Assembly: GCA_900770255.1 (NCBI GenBank) | Contig: CAAGJN010000067.1 | Span: 27,146 to 91,145, forward strand | DNA length: 64,000 nt | DNA from: Clostridia bacterium | GTDB lineage: Bacteria > Bacillota > Clostridia > Oscillospirales > Acutalibacteraceae | Reading direction: 5' to 3' | Shown here: piece after piece, positions 54,389 through 64,000 of the stretch | Position numbering within the stretch: position 1 is the first letter of the stretch | How the letters are laid out: every line of letters begins with the position of its first letter | The notes under the pieces: generated by a model | What the model was told of the DNA's origin: nothing | Database searches by the model: none | What the model saw: only the letters and a program-made list of their open reading frames with translations | Position numbers and translations under genes: made by a program

Positions 54389-54433
54389 AAACCGCCCCGA
54401 TTTTCCCTTCAAAAAATCAGGGCGGTTTTTTTG
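54389..54433. terminator. Terminator after the zinc-ribbon membrane gene
   Basis: aaaccgccccgatttt…aaaatcagggcggttttttt. Confidence 0.65.
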
Positions 54434-54530
54434 TTTATCTTTTTGCATATATGCAGTAATATTCACTATTTTTTCATATTTTTTGTGTTGCTATTCGCCC
54501 TGAGCATTGTAAAGTCTTTTTCCTTGCAGA

Positions 54531-54675
54531 TGTGGAAAACCATGTGGATAATGTGGATAACTCAGGTGTTTTAATCGCTATTTAGAACAATAACGTAAAG
54601 AAATTAACTTTACATATTATTTTTAATGATTGTTCAGAAATATAACGTTTCATTGTATATACAAGATGTGGAAAA
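54531..54675 (+). promoter_or_regulatory. Cluster of same-orientation DnaA boxes in an AT-rich intergenic region
   Basis: Two perfect head-to-tail TGTGGATAA boxes (54543-54551, 54552-54560), plus TGTGGAAAA at 54531-54539 and at 54667-54675 (one mismatch each). Confidence 0.5.
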
Positions 54676-54684
54676 AGCAGAGAG

Positions 54685-54724
54685 AAAAACGCGACTGCAA
54701 GAAAACTTGCAGCCGCGTTTTTAT
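54685..54724. terminator. Terminator downstream of metY
   Basis: aaaaacgcgactgcaag-aaaa-cttgcagccgcgttttt (one mismatch). Confidence 0.6.
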
Positions 54725-54763
54725 GCATAAAATTTTAGCTCTGTTTTTTGTCTATTTTGCTAC

Positions 54764-56038
54764 TCAGACGTTCTCGAGAGCCGCGTCGAGATCTGCGATT
54801 ATATCCTCAACATTTTCCGTTCCGATAGAGAGGCGAACGAGATTTTCATACACTCCGCAGTCCTCAAGCTCCTGCGCTGTGAGCTGGCGGTGGGTCGTGC
54901 TCGCGGGATGCAAACAGCAGGTGCGGCTGTCCGCAACATGGGTAGCGATAGTGGCGAGTTTCAGGCTGTCCATAAACCTGACCGCGTCCTCTCTGCCGCC
55001 CTTTATCCTCAGCGAGATAACGCCGCAGGTGCCGTTGGGCATGTATTTCTGGGCGAGGTCATAATATTTGTCGCCCTTGAGACCGGGATAGCATACGGAC
55101 TCTATCTTGGGATGCTTAGAGAGAAATTCGGCAACTTTCAGCGCGTTTGAGCAATGGCGCTCCATACGCAGATGCAGCGTCTCAAGACCGATATTGAGCA
55201 AAAATGCGTTCTGCGGCGATTGGATTGAACCCAGGTCGCGCATAAGCTGGGTAGTGCACTTCGTTATATATGCGGCCTTGCCAAACTGCTCGGTATAAAC
55301 TACGCCGTGATAGGAGTCGTCGGGAGTGGTGAGACCCGGGAACTTATCGTTCTGCGTCCAGTCAAAATTTCCGCTGTCAACGATAACTCCGCCTACGCTT
55401 GTAGCGTGGCCGTCCATATATTTTGTAGTTGAATGGGTCACGATATCTGCGCCGAACTCGAACGGACGGCAGTTTATCGGGGTCGGGAAAGTGTTGTCAA
55501 CGATAAGCGGCACGCCGTGGGCATGCGCGGCTCTCGCGTACTTTTCAATATCGAGCACGACAAGCGATGGGTTCGATACCGTCTCGGCAAAAACCGCCTT
55601 TGTGTTCTCTCTAAACGCGGCGTTGAGCTCCTCCTCGGTCGCGTCCGGACGGACAAAGGTAAACTCAATGCCCAGCTTGCGCATGGTCACGTTGAAAAGA
55701 TTAAAGGTTCCGCCGTAGATCGCCGAAGCCGAGACGACGTGATCGCCCGCCGAACAGATATTGAATACCGAGAAGAAGGAAGCCGCCTGTCCGGAGGATG
55801 TGAGCATCGCGCCCACACCGCCCTCAAGGTCGGCTATCTTGGCGGCGACGCAGTCGTTCGTCGGGTTCTGAAGCCGCGTGTAGAAATAACCGGACTCCTG
55901 AAGATCAAAGAGCCTGCCCATCTGCTCACTCGATTCATATTTGAAGGTCGTGCTCTGAACTATCGGCAGCACCCGGGGCTCTCCGTTTTTAGGAGTATAG
56001 CCTGACTGCACGCATTTTGTCTCGATATGAAAACTCAT
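54764..56038 (-). CDS. metY: O-acetylhomoserine aminocarboxypropyltransferase (sulfhydrylase)
   Basis: 424 aa PLP enzyme. …ETKCVQSGY…, …HSTTKYMDGH… (PLP-Lys). Cys/Met-metabolism family. Confidence 0.9.
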   Translation of the reverse strand: MSFHIETKCVQSGYTPKNGEPRVLPIVQSTTFKYESSEQMGRLFDLQESGYFYTRLQNPTNDCVAAKIADLEGGVGAMLTSSGQAASFFSVFNICSAGDHVVSASAIYGGTFNLFNVTMRKLGIEFTFVRPDATEEELNAAFRENTKAVFAETVSNPSLVVLDIEKYARAAHAHGVPLIVDNTFPTPINCRPFEFGADIVTHSTTKYMDGHATSVGGVIVDSGNFDWTQNDKFPGLTTPDDSYHGVVYTEQFGKAAYITKCTTQLMRDLGSIQSPQNAFLLNIGLETLHLRMERHCSNALKVAEFLSKHPKIESVCYPGLKGDKYYDLAQKYMPNGTCGVISLRIKGGREDAVRFMDSLKLATIATHVADSRTCCLHPASTTHRQLTAQELEDCGVYENLVRLSIGTENVEDIIADLDAALENV

Positions 56039-56058
56039 ATTGTCATTCCTTTCTTTTA

Positions 56059-57270
56059 TCAGTCCTTAAGAAAATGTGTCATGAGCTCGAAGCCCTGATC
56101 AACAAAAACACCGGTCTCGGACGCGGTTTTTTCATTTATGCTCAAAACGCCGCTGTCAAGCTCTTTGCATTTACAGTATATCAAGTAGGGCACAGGATCA
56201 GAGGCGTGGGTACGGGTCGCAATCGGGGTGGGATGATCCGGCAGCACCATGACTTTGTAATCCTCCTGGGTGTTAAGATAATCAAGGATTATCGGCATTA
56301 TGCGGCTGTCTATAAGCTCGATCGCCCTGACTTTGTTTTCGGGCTCGTTTCTGTGGCCGCACTCATCGGGAGCCTCGACATGAATATAGACAAGGTCCTG
56401 ACCTTTACACCATTCCCGGACAGCCGCTTCGGCTTTCCCCTCAAAATTCGTATCGATATAGCCTGTCGCACCCTCGACCTCAGGGGTGTTCATGCCGGCG
56501 CAGATACCGATGCCCTTGAGCAGATCAACTGCCGAGACGATGCTGCCGCTGATTCCGTATTTCTCCTTGAAGGACGGAAGCTCAGGGCGGCTGCCCTCGC
56601 CCCATAGCCAGATCGAATTTGCGGGGAGCTTGCCCTCGGCGATCCTCTTTTTATTGACCGGGTGATCCTTGAGCAGATCATAGCTCTCCTTCATCATGCC
56701 GATCAGCTTCACAGCGTTGGGCGAGTCCGAAAGGTACTCTCCGACAACTCTGCCGGGAATATCGTGAGGAGGAGTCATTCTGCCGAGCTGAGTCGTGCCG
56801 TTATGCACTATAAGGCAGTGGCGGTAAGCGACGCCGCTGTAAAAATCAAACTCCCCGCCCCCGAAATGCTCCTGGACGGTTTTTATGATTTCGGCGGCCT
56901 CCTCGGTCGAGATATCGCCCCCGGAATAATCTATCATAGTCTTTGCGCCGTAATCGGCCTCGTCGCTGAGGCTGACAAGGTTGCAACGCAGAGCGACATC
57001 AGTTTCGCTCATCTTAACTCCGATACTTACGGCCTCGAGCGGAGAACGGCCCGTGTAGCATTTTTTCGGATCAAAGCCGAGCACGCTCATATTTGCAACG
57101 TCGCTGCCGGGCTTGAGCCCCTCTGCAACGGTTCTGACAAGGCCGACCTCGCCCTTCGACGCAAGAGCGTCGATATACGGCTTATGCGCAACCTCCATCG
57201 GGGTTTTGCCGCCGAGCGCCTCGACGGGATAATCCGCCATGCCGTCGCAGAGCACAACTGCATATTTCAT
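56059..57270 (-). CDS. Cofactor-independent phosphoglycerate mutase-like protein (archaeal aPGM / COG3635 family)
   Basis: MKYAVVLCDGMADYP… metal-binding Asp, …GSD…, …PDECGH… motifs of the aPGM/alkaline-phosphatase superfamily. It lies 20 bp upstream of metY on the same strand. Confidence 0.8.
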   Translation of the reverse strand: MKYAVVLCDGMADYPVEALGGKTPMEVAHKPYIDALASKGEVGLVRTVAEGLKPGSDVANMSVLGFDPKKCYTGRSPLEAVSIGVKMSETDVALRCNLVSLSDEADYGAKTMIDYSGGDISTEEAAEIIKTVQEHFGGGEFDFYSGVAYRHCLIVHNGTTQLGRMTPPHDIPGRVVGEYLSDSPNAVKLIGMMKESYDLLKDHPVNKKRIAEGKLPANSIWLWGEGSRPELPSFKEKYGISGSIVSAVDLLKGIGICAGMNTPEVEGATGYIDTNFEGKAEAAVREWCKGQDLVYIHVEAPDECGHRNEPENKVRAIELIDSRIMPIILDYLNTQEDYKVMVLPDHPTPIATRTHASDPVPYLIYCKCKELDSGVLSINEKTASETGVFVDQGFELMTHFLKD

Positions 57271-57642
57271 ATATTCTCACCCTTTCAGAAAACTTATAGT
57301 TTTGTATATTACGCTTAGTTAGCATACGCTACTTAATACAGCTGCTTTAATTATATCATAAAGTTGTGCGGCATTAAAGGCAAAAAATTGAAATATTATT
57401 TACGTTCCGGCCGGTAAATGAGTGCAAAATGACGAAAGAAAATTCAATGAAAAAGGTAAAATAATTACAGAGCCGCATCCGTAATCAAAGAATCTCATCC
57501 GGGTAACCTTGTGCTAAATGGCGTGAGCAGCGGTCATTGAGTCCGAGCGGCAAATTATGACTCCCCGATATTGAAAAAATGTGTAAGAAATGCTATTATT
57601 TAGGACATGATATTACATTATATGGGAGAAAAGGAGAATAGC

Positions 57643-59364
57643 ATGTCAAAGCTATTGAAGTATCTGGGAAAATACAAAAAGGAGAGCATTTTGGCGCCGT
57701 TTTTCAAGCTCATCGAGGTGGCGTTTGAGCTGATAGTCCCGCTTGTCGTCGCATCGATAATCGACAACGGTATTGAAAACGGAGACAAGGCGTATATAGT
57801 CAAGCGCTGCGCTGTACTCGGCCTGCTCGGAGTGCTCGGTCTTTGCTGCGCGCTCGTCGCTCAGTACTTCTCGGCAAAGGCCGCCGTCGGCTTTTCGACC
57901 GATATCCGCCATGCGCTCTTTGAGCATATAGGGAAGCTCTCTTTTTCACAGCTCGACTCGCTCGGCGCGCCCACTCTGATAACCCGCCTGACCGGCGACA
58001 TAAACCAGGTGCAGACCGGAACAAACCTCACACTGCGCCTCGTGCTGCGCTCGCCCTTTGTCGTTTTCGGCGCGGTGGCTATGGCTTTCACGGTTGATAC
58101 AAGGTCGTCGCTCGTGTTTGTCGTAGCGGTTCCGCTGCTCGCGGCGGTCGTATTTGCAATAATGCTCGTGTGCATTCCGATGTACCGCAAGGTGCAGCAG
58201 AAACTCGACATACTGCTGAGCAAGACGCGCGAAAACCTGCTCGGCACGCGCGTTATCAGAGCTTTCTGCAAGGAGGATGAGGAGATCGCGGACTTTGACG
58301 AAAAGAACCGTGCGCTGACTCAGATGCAGACCGCAGTCGGCAGGATATCGGCGTTTATGAACCCCGCTACCTTCGTGCTGATAAACTTTGCCATAATCGC
58401 GCTGATCTATGTCGGCGCGCTGAGAGTAAAAAGCGGCAGCATCTCACAGGGCGACGTCGTTGCGCTCTATAACTATATGTCACAGATACTTGTCGAGCTG
58501 ATAAAGCTCGCAAACCTCATAATCAGCGTAACAAAAGCCATCGCCTGCGGCAACCGCATACAGTCGGTGCTCGACATCGAGCCCGGCACCGTTTCCGGCA
58601 CCGTGACAGACGGGGACACGGATAGTGACTACGCAGTCGAGTTCAAAAACGCCTGCCTGTCCTATGGCGGCGGCGAAGAGTCTCTGCACGACGTAAATCT
58701 CAGAATAAAGCGCGGCTGCACTCTCGGAGTTATCGGCTCTACCGGCTCTGGTAAGAGTTCGCTTGTAAATCTCATTCCCCGCTTCTATGACGTGACCGGT
58801 GGCAGGGTCCTGGTTGACGGAGTCGATGTGCGCGACTACGACACAAGGGCTCTGCGTTCGAAGATCGGCGTAGTCTCACAGAAGAAATCGCTGTTCGCCG
58901 GCACCGTGCGCGACAACATCCGCTTCGGTAATGCTGACGCGACCGACGAGGAGATACTTCAGGCGCTCGATACGGCGCAGGCCAGACAGATGGTCGAAGA
59001 AAAGCGCGGCGGGCTTGACTTTGAGCTCGAGCAGGACGGCAAAAACCTCTCCGGCGGCCAGCGGCAGAGACTGACGATAGCCCGCGCGCTCGTCAGGAAG
59101 CCCGAGATACTGATTCTTGACGACGCGGCCAGCGCGCTCGACTACGCCACGGGCGCGGCGCTCAGCAAGGCGCTCAGGAACACAGACTTCTCGCCGACGG
59201 TCATCACCGTCTCTCAGCGCGTCGCGGCCATACGAAATGCCGACGTCATCGTCGTGCTCGACGAGGGCGAGATAGTAGGAACAGGATGCCATGAGGAGCT
59301 GCTCAAACGCTGCGAGGTCTACCGCGAGATATGCGCGTCGCAGCTCGAAAGGGAGGGCGCATAA
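57643..59364 (+). CDS. ABC exporter, fused permease/ATPase subunit 1
   Basis: Six-TM domain plus Walker A GSTGSGKSS, signature LSGGQRQR, Walker B ILILDDA. Confidence 0.9.
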   Translation: MSKLLKYLGKYKKESILAPFFKLIEVAFELIVPLVVASIIDNGIENGDKAYIVKRCAVLGLLGVLGLCCALVAQYFSAKAAVGFSTDIRHALFEHIGKLSFSQLDSLGAPTLITRLTGDINQVQTGTNLTLRLVLRSPFVVFGAVAMAFTVDTRSSLVFVVAVPLLAAVVFAIMLVCIPMYRKVQQKLDILLSKTRENLLGTRVIRAFCKEDEEIADFDEKNRALTQMQTAVGRISAFMNPATFVLINFAIIALIYVGALRVKSGSISQGDVVALYNYMSQILVELIKLANLIISVTKAIACGNRIQSVLDIEPGTVSGTVTDGDTDSDYAVEFKNACLSYGGGEESLHDVNLRIKRGCTLGVIGSTGSGKSSLVNLIPRFYDVTGGRVLVDGVDVRDYDTRALRSKIGVVSQKKSLFAGTVRDNIRFGNADATDEEILQALDTAQARQMVEEKRGGLDFELEQDGKNLSGGQRQRLTIARALVRKPEILILDDAASALDYATGAALSKALRNTDFSPTVITVSQRVAAIRNADVIVVLDEGEIVGTGCHEELLKRCEVYREICASQLEREGA

Positions 59365-59365
59365 A

Positions 59366-61108
<1,743 letters not shown>

Positions 61109-61272
61109 GGCCCATTGATCCGCTTCAGGTCCGCAGCACACGGGGTTTCCGCAAAAAAATTTCTCTGTCTGGGATAAGAACAAGAACAGGAGAAAAGCTG
61201 AGCGGCACCAAGAAATTAACTCAGGCGCAGAAATTACTAATACGGAGCTATCAAAAGAAAAAGGGAGAAAAA

Positions 61273-61986
61273 ATGCTTAATATTACCGATCTGACAAAAA
61301 CCTATGGCGACAAGAAGGCTGTTGACGATCTGTCGCTGCATATCGCACCGGGCGAGATATACGGTTTTATCGGCCACAACGGCGCGGGGAAAACGACTAC
61401 TCTCAAGTGCGTGGCCGGTATCCTGCAATTTGACGAGGGCGAGATCACAATAAACGGCTGCTCTGTCAGAACAGATCCGCTCGCGTGCAAAAGGCAGATC
61501 GCCTATATTCCTGACAATCCGGACATATACGATTACATGACCGGCATAAAATATCTGAATTTTATTGCCGACATTTTCGGCGTGAACGCCGCTGAGCGCC
61601 ATGAGCGCATACACAGATACGCCGACATGTTCGAACTGACCCCGAGCCTCGCGCAGCCGATCTCGGAATATTCGCACGGCATGAAGCAGAAGCTTGCCAT
61701 CATCTCGGCGTGGATCCACTCCCCGAAGCTCATCATCATGGATGAGCCGTTCGTCGGGCTCGATCCGTCCGCCTCGCACCTGCTCAAGGGCATGATGCGC
61801 GAAGTATGCGACAACGGCGGAGCCATCTTCTTTTCGACCCATGTTCTTGAGGTGGCCGAGAAGCTCTGCGACAAGATCGCAATAATCAAAAACGGCCGCC
61901 TCATTCGCTCCGGCACGATGGACGAGGTCAAGGGCGACTCCAGCCTTGAGAGCGTATTTCTCGAACTGGAGGGCGAAAAATGCTGA
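61273..61986 (+). CDS. ABC transporter ATP-binding protein (ABC-2 type)
   Basis: GHNGAGKTT, YSHGMKQK, IIMDEPFVGLD. Confidence 0.9.
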   Translation: MLNITDLTKTYGDKKAVDDLSLHIAPGEIYGFIGHNGAGKTTTLKCVAGILQFDEGEITINGCSVRTDPLACKRQIAYIPDNPDIYDYMTGIKYLNFIADIFGVNAAERHERIHRYADMFELTPSLAQPISEYSHGMKQKLAIISAWIHSPKLIIMDEPFVGLDPSASHLLKGMMREVCDNGGAIFFSTHVLEVAEKLCDKIAIIKNGRLIRSGTMDEVKGDSSLESVFLELEGEKC

Positions 61987-63575
61987 AAACTCTGCTCAAA
62001 AAGCAGCTTCTCGAGCTCAACAGAAGCTTCTTTCAAAACAGAAAAACCGGTAAATCGCGCTCCTCTGCCTCGGCGATAGTACTTATAATCACCTTTGCGC
62101 TGATGATGATCGTTTTGATCGGCGGATTGTTTTTTTCCATGTCAAGCATGCTCAGCCCTCTGATAACTGCAGGCATGAGTTGGCTTTACTTCTCGATAAT
62201 GGGTGCGACCGCCGTATTGTTCGGCCTGTTCGGCAGCGTATTCAACACATATTCGAGCCTCTACGAAGCAAAGGACAACGACCTGCTTCTGTCTCTGCCG
62301 ATTCCCGTGCCTATCATCATATCCGTGCGCCTGATCGGCGTGTATCTGATGGGGCTGATGTACTCCGGGCTGGTTATCGTCCCGGCGCTCACAGTCTACT
62401 GGGCGGCAGCCCGTCCCGGCGCGGCAGCCGTTATATTTTCAATTGTCACCGCCCTCATGCTGACCGTGCTCGTGCTCGTCTTATCATGCGTGCTCGGCTG
62501 GGTCGTGGCGAAAATAGCGGCAAAGCTCAAAAATAAGAGCCTGATAACGGTCATCGTCTCGCTCGCCTTTCTCGGCGGCTACTACTATGTTTATTTCAAG
62601 GCAAACGAGCTTATCAACGTCATTATCGCAAACAGCAGCGAAATAGCCGGAAAAATACGCGGCTCGGCCTACCCGCTCTACATTCTCGGGAGGGCCTGTG
62701 CAGGTGAAATCCTGCCGTCGCTTGCGCTCGCAGCCGTCATTCTCGCCGCGCTCGCGCTGACTTGGTTTACTATATCCCACAGCTTTTTGAAGCTCGCAAC
62801 CGGCAGCGCAAAAGCTGCGAAAACAGTCTACAAAGAGAAATCCGCAAAAACTCACAGCGCCGACGGCGCGCTGCTGCACAGGGAGTTCGGGCGCTTTGTC
62901 TCAAGCCCCTCCTATATGCTCAACTGTTCTCTGGGCACGCTGCTGATGCTCGTCGTTGCGGTTTTTGCACTCGTGCGCGGCCGGTGGCTCGTCAGCATGC
63001 TCGCAGGCTACGGGCTCAACAGCGCGTATACAGTTCAGGCGCTCGCGCCGTTCTTAACCTGCCTGCTCGTCTCAACAAACATGATCAGCGCGCCGTCGAT
63101 ATCCCTCGAAGGCAGGAGTCTCTGGCTCGCGCAGTCGCTTCCCGTGAGCTCCTGGCAGGTGCTCCGGGCAAAGCTGCGGCTCCATGTTCTGCTCACAGCC
63201 ATCCCCGCCATCCTCTGCTCAGCCAGTCTGAGCATTGCCGTGGAAGCGAGTTTGTTCGAGGCCGTCTGCATGATCCTCATACCGACGGCGTTTAGCTTCA
63301 TCTGCGCGGCGATAGGGCTCAGAATAAATCTGAAGCTGCCTAACCTCAACTGGACGACGGAGAGCGCGGCTGTCAAGCAGAGCTTCGGCGTAATCCTCTC
63401 GATGTTTGCCTGCTGGGCGTGCATAGCAGTCCCGATAAGCGTTTACGCGCTGACCGTCGCGTTTCTCTCCTCGACGGCCGGGCTCGCAGTATGCGTCGCT
63501 GTTACGGTAATACTGGTGTTCATAGCATACGCCGGCGTCAGAAAGCGCGGCGTAAAAATATTCGAACGCCTCTGA
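61980..63575 (+). CDS. Putative ABC-2 type exporter permease (polytopic membrane protein)
   Basis: 531 aa with ~10-12 hydrophobic helices. Overlaps the ATPase gene stop by 7 nt. Confidence 0.6.
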   Translation: MLKTLLKKQLLELNRSFFQNRKTGKSRSSASAIVLIITFALMMIVLIGGLFFSMSSMLSPLITAGMSWLYFSIMGATAVLFGLFGSVFNTYSSLYEAKDNDLLLSLPIPVPIIISVRLIGVYLMGLMYSGLVIVPALTVYWAAARPGAAAVIFSIVTALMLTVLVLVLSCVLGWVVAKIAAKLKNKSLITVIVSLAFLGGYYYVYFKANELINVIIANSSEIAGKIRGSAYPLYILGRACAGEILPSLALAAVILAALALTWFTISHSFLKLATGSAKAAKTVYKEKSAKTHSADGALLHREFGRFVSSPSYMLNCSLGTLLMLVVAVFALVRGRWLVSMLAGYGLNSAYTVQALAPFLTCLLVSTNMISAPSISLEGRSLWLAQSLPVSSWQVLRAKLRLHVLLTAIPAILCSASLSIAVEASLFEAVCMILIPTAFSFICAAIGLRINLKLPNLNWTTESAAVKQSFGVILSMFACWACIAVPISVYALTVAFLSSTAGLAVCVAVTVILVFIAYAGVRKRGVKIFERL

Positions 63576-63602
63576 TACTTTAACGATAAAAACTCCAGAG
63601 CA

Positions 63603-63641
63603 AAGCCCCGATAAGCGTTGAGCTTACCGGGGCTTTTTTTC
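63603..63641. terminator. Bidirectional terminator between the permease gene and the convergent PEPCK gene
   Basis: aaagccccg-ataagcgttgagcttac-cggggcttttttt. Confidence 0.7.
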
Positions 63642-63697
63642 GGCAGCGCAAAAGCGGCAGACAGATTTTCACCTATCTGCCGCATGTCTGCTCTATT

Positions 63698-64000
63698 TTA
63701 CTTGTTGAGGTTTGCCTTGAGGGTATCAAGCTCGGCTACAAGAGCCTTGGGAAGCTTGTCGCCGAACTTGGCGTAGAACTCCTCGATACCTTCGACCTCG
63801 CCCTCCCACAGGGAGTTATCGACGCTGAGAATCTCCTTGAGCTGATCCTCGCTGACCTTGTCCTCGATGCCCTCGAGGTTTATGTCCTCAGCCTTAGGCA
63901 CATAGCCGATCGCAGTCTCGTCTGCATCGACCTCGCCCTCGCAGCGCTTGATGATCCACTCAAGCACACGCAGGTTGTCGCCGAAGCCGGGCCACAGGAA
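63698..64000 (-). CDS. pckG: Phosphoenolpyruvate carboxykinase (GTP), C-terminal fragment (N-terminus beyond window end)
   Basis: …LWPGFGDNLRVLEWIIKRCEGEVDADETAIGYVPKAEDINLEGI… matches the GTP-PEPCK C-terminus. The ORF is open to position 64000. Confidence 0.8.
   Translation of the reverse strand, partial: FLWPGFGDNLRVLEWIIKRCEGEVDADETAIGYVPKAEDINLEGIEDKVSEDQLKEILSVDNSLWEGEVEGIEEFYAKFGDKLPKALVAELDTLKANLNK

Noticed and set aside
54386-54574. 62-aa very hydrophobic ORF (MKPPRFSLQKIRAVFLFIFL…) in the AT-rich convergent intergenic region
   Set aside because: It starts inside a terminator hairpin and has no RBS. Its composition is driven by the A/T-rich sequence, so it is probably not translated.
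57271-57642. Possible SAM-I riboswitch upstream of the apgM-like/metY operon (minus strand) or the ABC exporter (plus strand)
   Set aside because: The plus strand has only a partial resemblance (ccgggtaacc…tgtgctaaatgg) to the SAM-I P3/P4 junction. It lacks P1 (cttatcaagag), the kink-turn and P2. It is not callable without a covariance-model search.

Overview
This window is a high-GC (about 58-60%) chromosomal segment from a Firmicutes/Clostridia-type genome; the Oscillospiraceae/Ruminococcaceae family is an inference from gene content. It is dense with housekeeping genes on both strands.

Genes recognised:
- rpoC (truncated at the window edge) and rpoB.
- ychF, tcdA, and a clpX-clpP-tig block.
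- thrC, a rearranged rplS-lepB-lepB-rbgA-capA-rnhB-yraN ribosome-biogenesis cluster, and metK preceded by a SAM-I riboswitch.
- A seven-gene aromatic amino-acid operon, aroF-tyrA-aroB-aroA-aroC-pheA-aroE::aroK.
- ispE, a UPF0237/UPF0210 (ACT + DUF711) pair, rfbD, asp23-yloV-recG, rpsI-rplM, a ttcA-like PP-loop ATPase, metY with an aPGM-like gene, two ABC exporter pairs, and the 3' end of GTP-PEPCK.

No tRNA, rRNA, CRISPR or mobile element could be supported.

Most of the long plus-strand ORFs in the supplied track are antisense artefacts of high-GC coding sequence. Several track starts are TTG or upstream codons, and I moved them to ATGs with a good RBS.

Most noteworthy observations:
1. A 40-codon ORF with 5 Tyr and 4 Phe codons in a 16-codon stretch, followed by a strong intrinsic terminator, lies immediately upstream of the aro operon. 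This is a candidate ribosome-mediated Phe/Tyr attenuator.
2. A tandem, same-orientation cluster of perfect DnaA boxes (TGTGGATAA) sits in an AT-rich convergent intergenic region far from any dnaA gene.
3. A low-GC, roughly 1.2-kb insertion carrying a zinc-ribbon hypothetical gene on the opposite strand interrupts the conserved rplS-lepB-rbgA-rnhB operon.
4. The trigger-factor gene carries an approximately 85-aa Lys/Ala-rich histone-H1-like C-terminal tail encoded by three ~60-bp tandem repeats. rpoB carries a roughly 50-aa poly-acidic C-terminal tail.
5. A cofactor-independent PGM-like gene forms an operon with metY, which may indicate a non-orthologous homoserine kinase.
6. A translationally coupled DUF1893-DUF3267 (HExxH) pair lies beside an unknown Cys-rich gene, and a secreted DUF4474-like protein lies nearby.

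I could not identify a coherent novel multi-gene system with confidence. The candidates above are what I can actually support from sequence.
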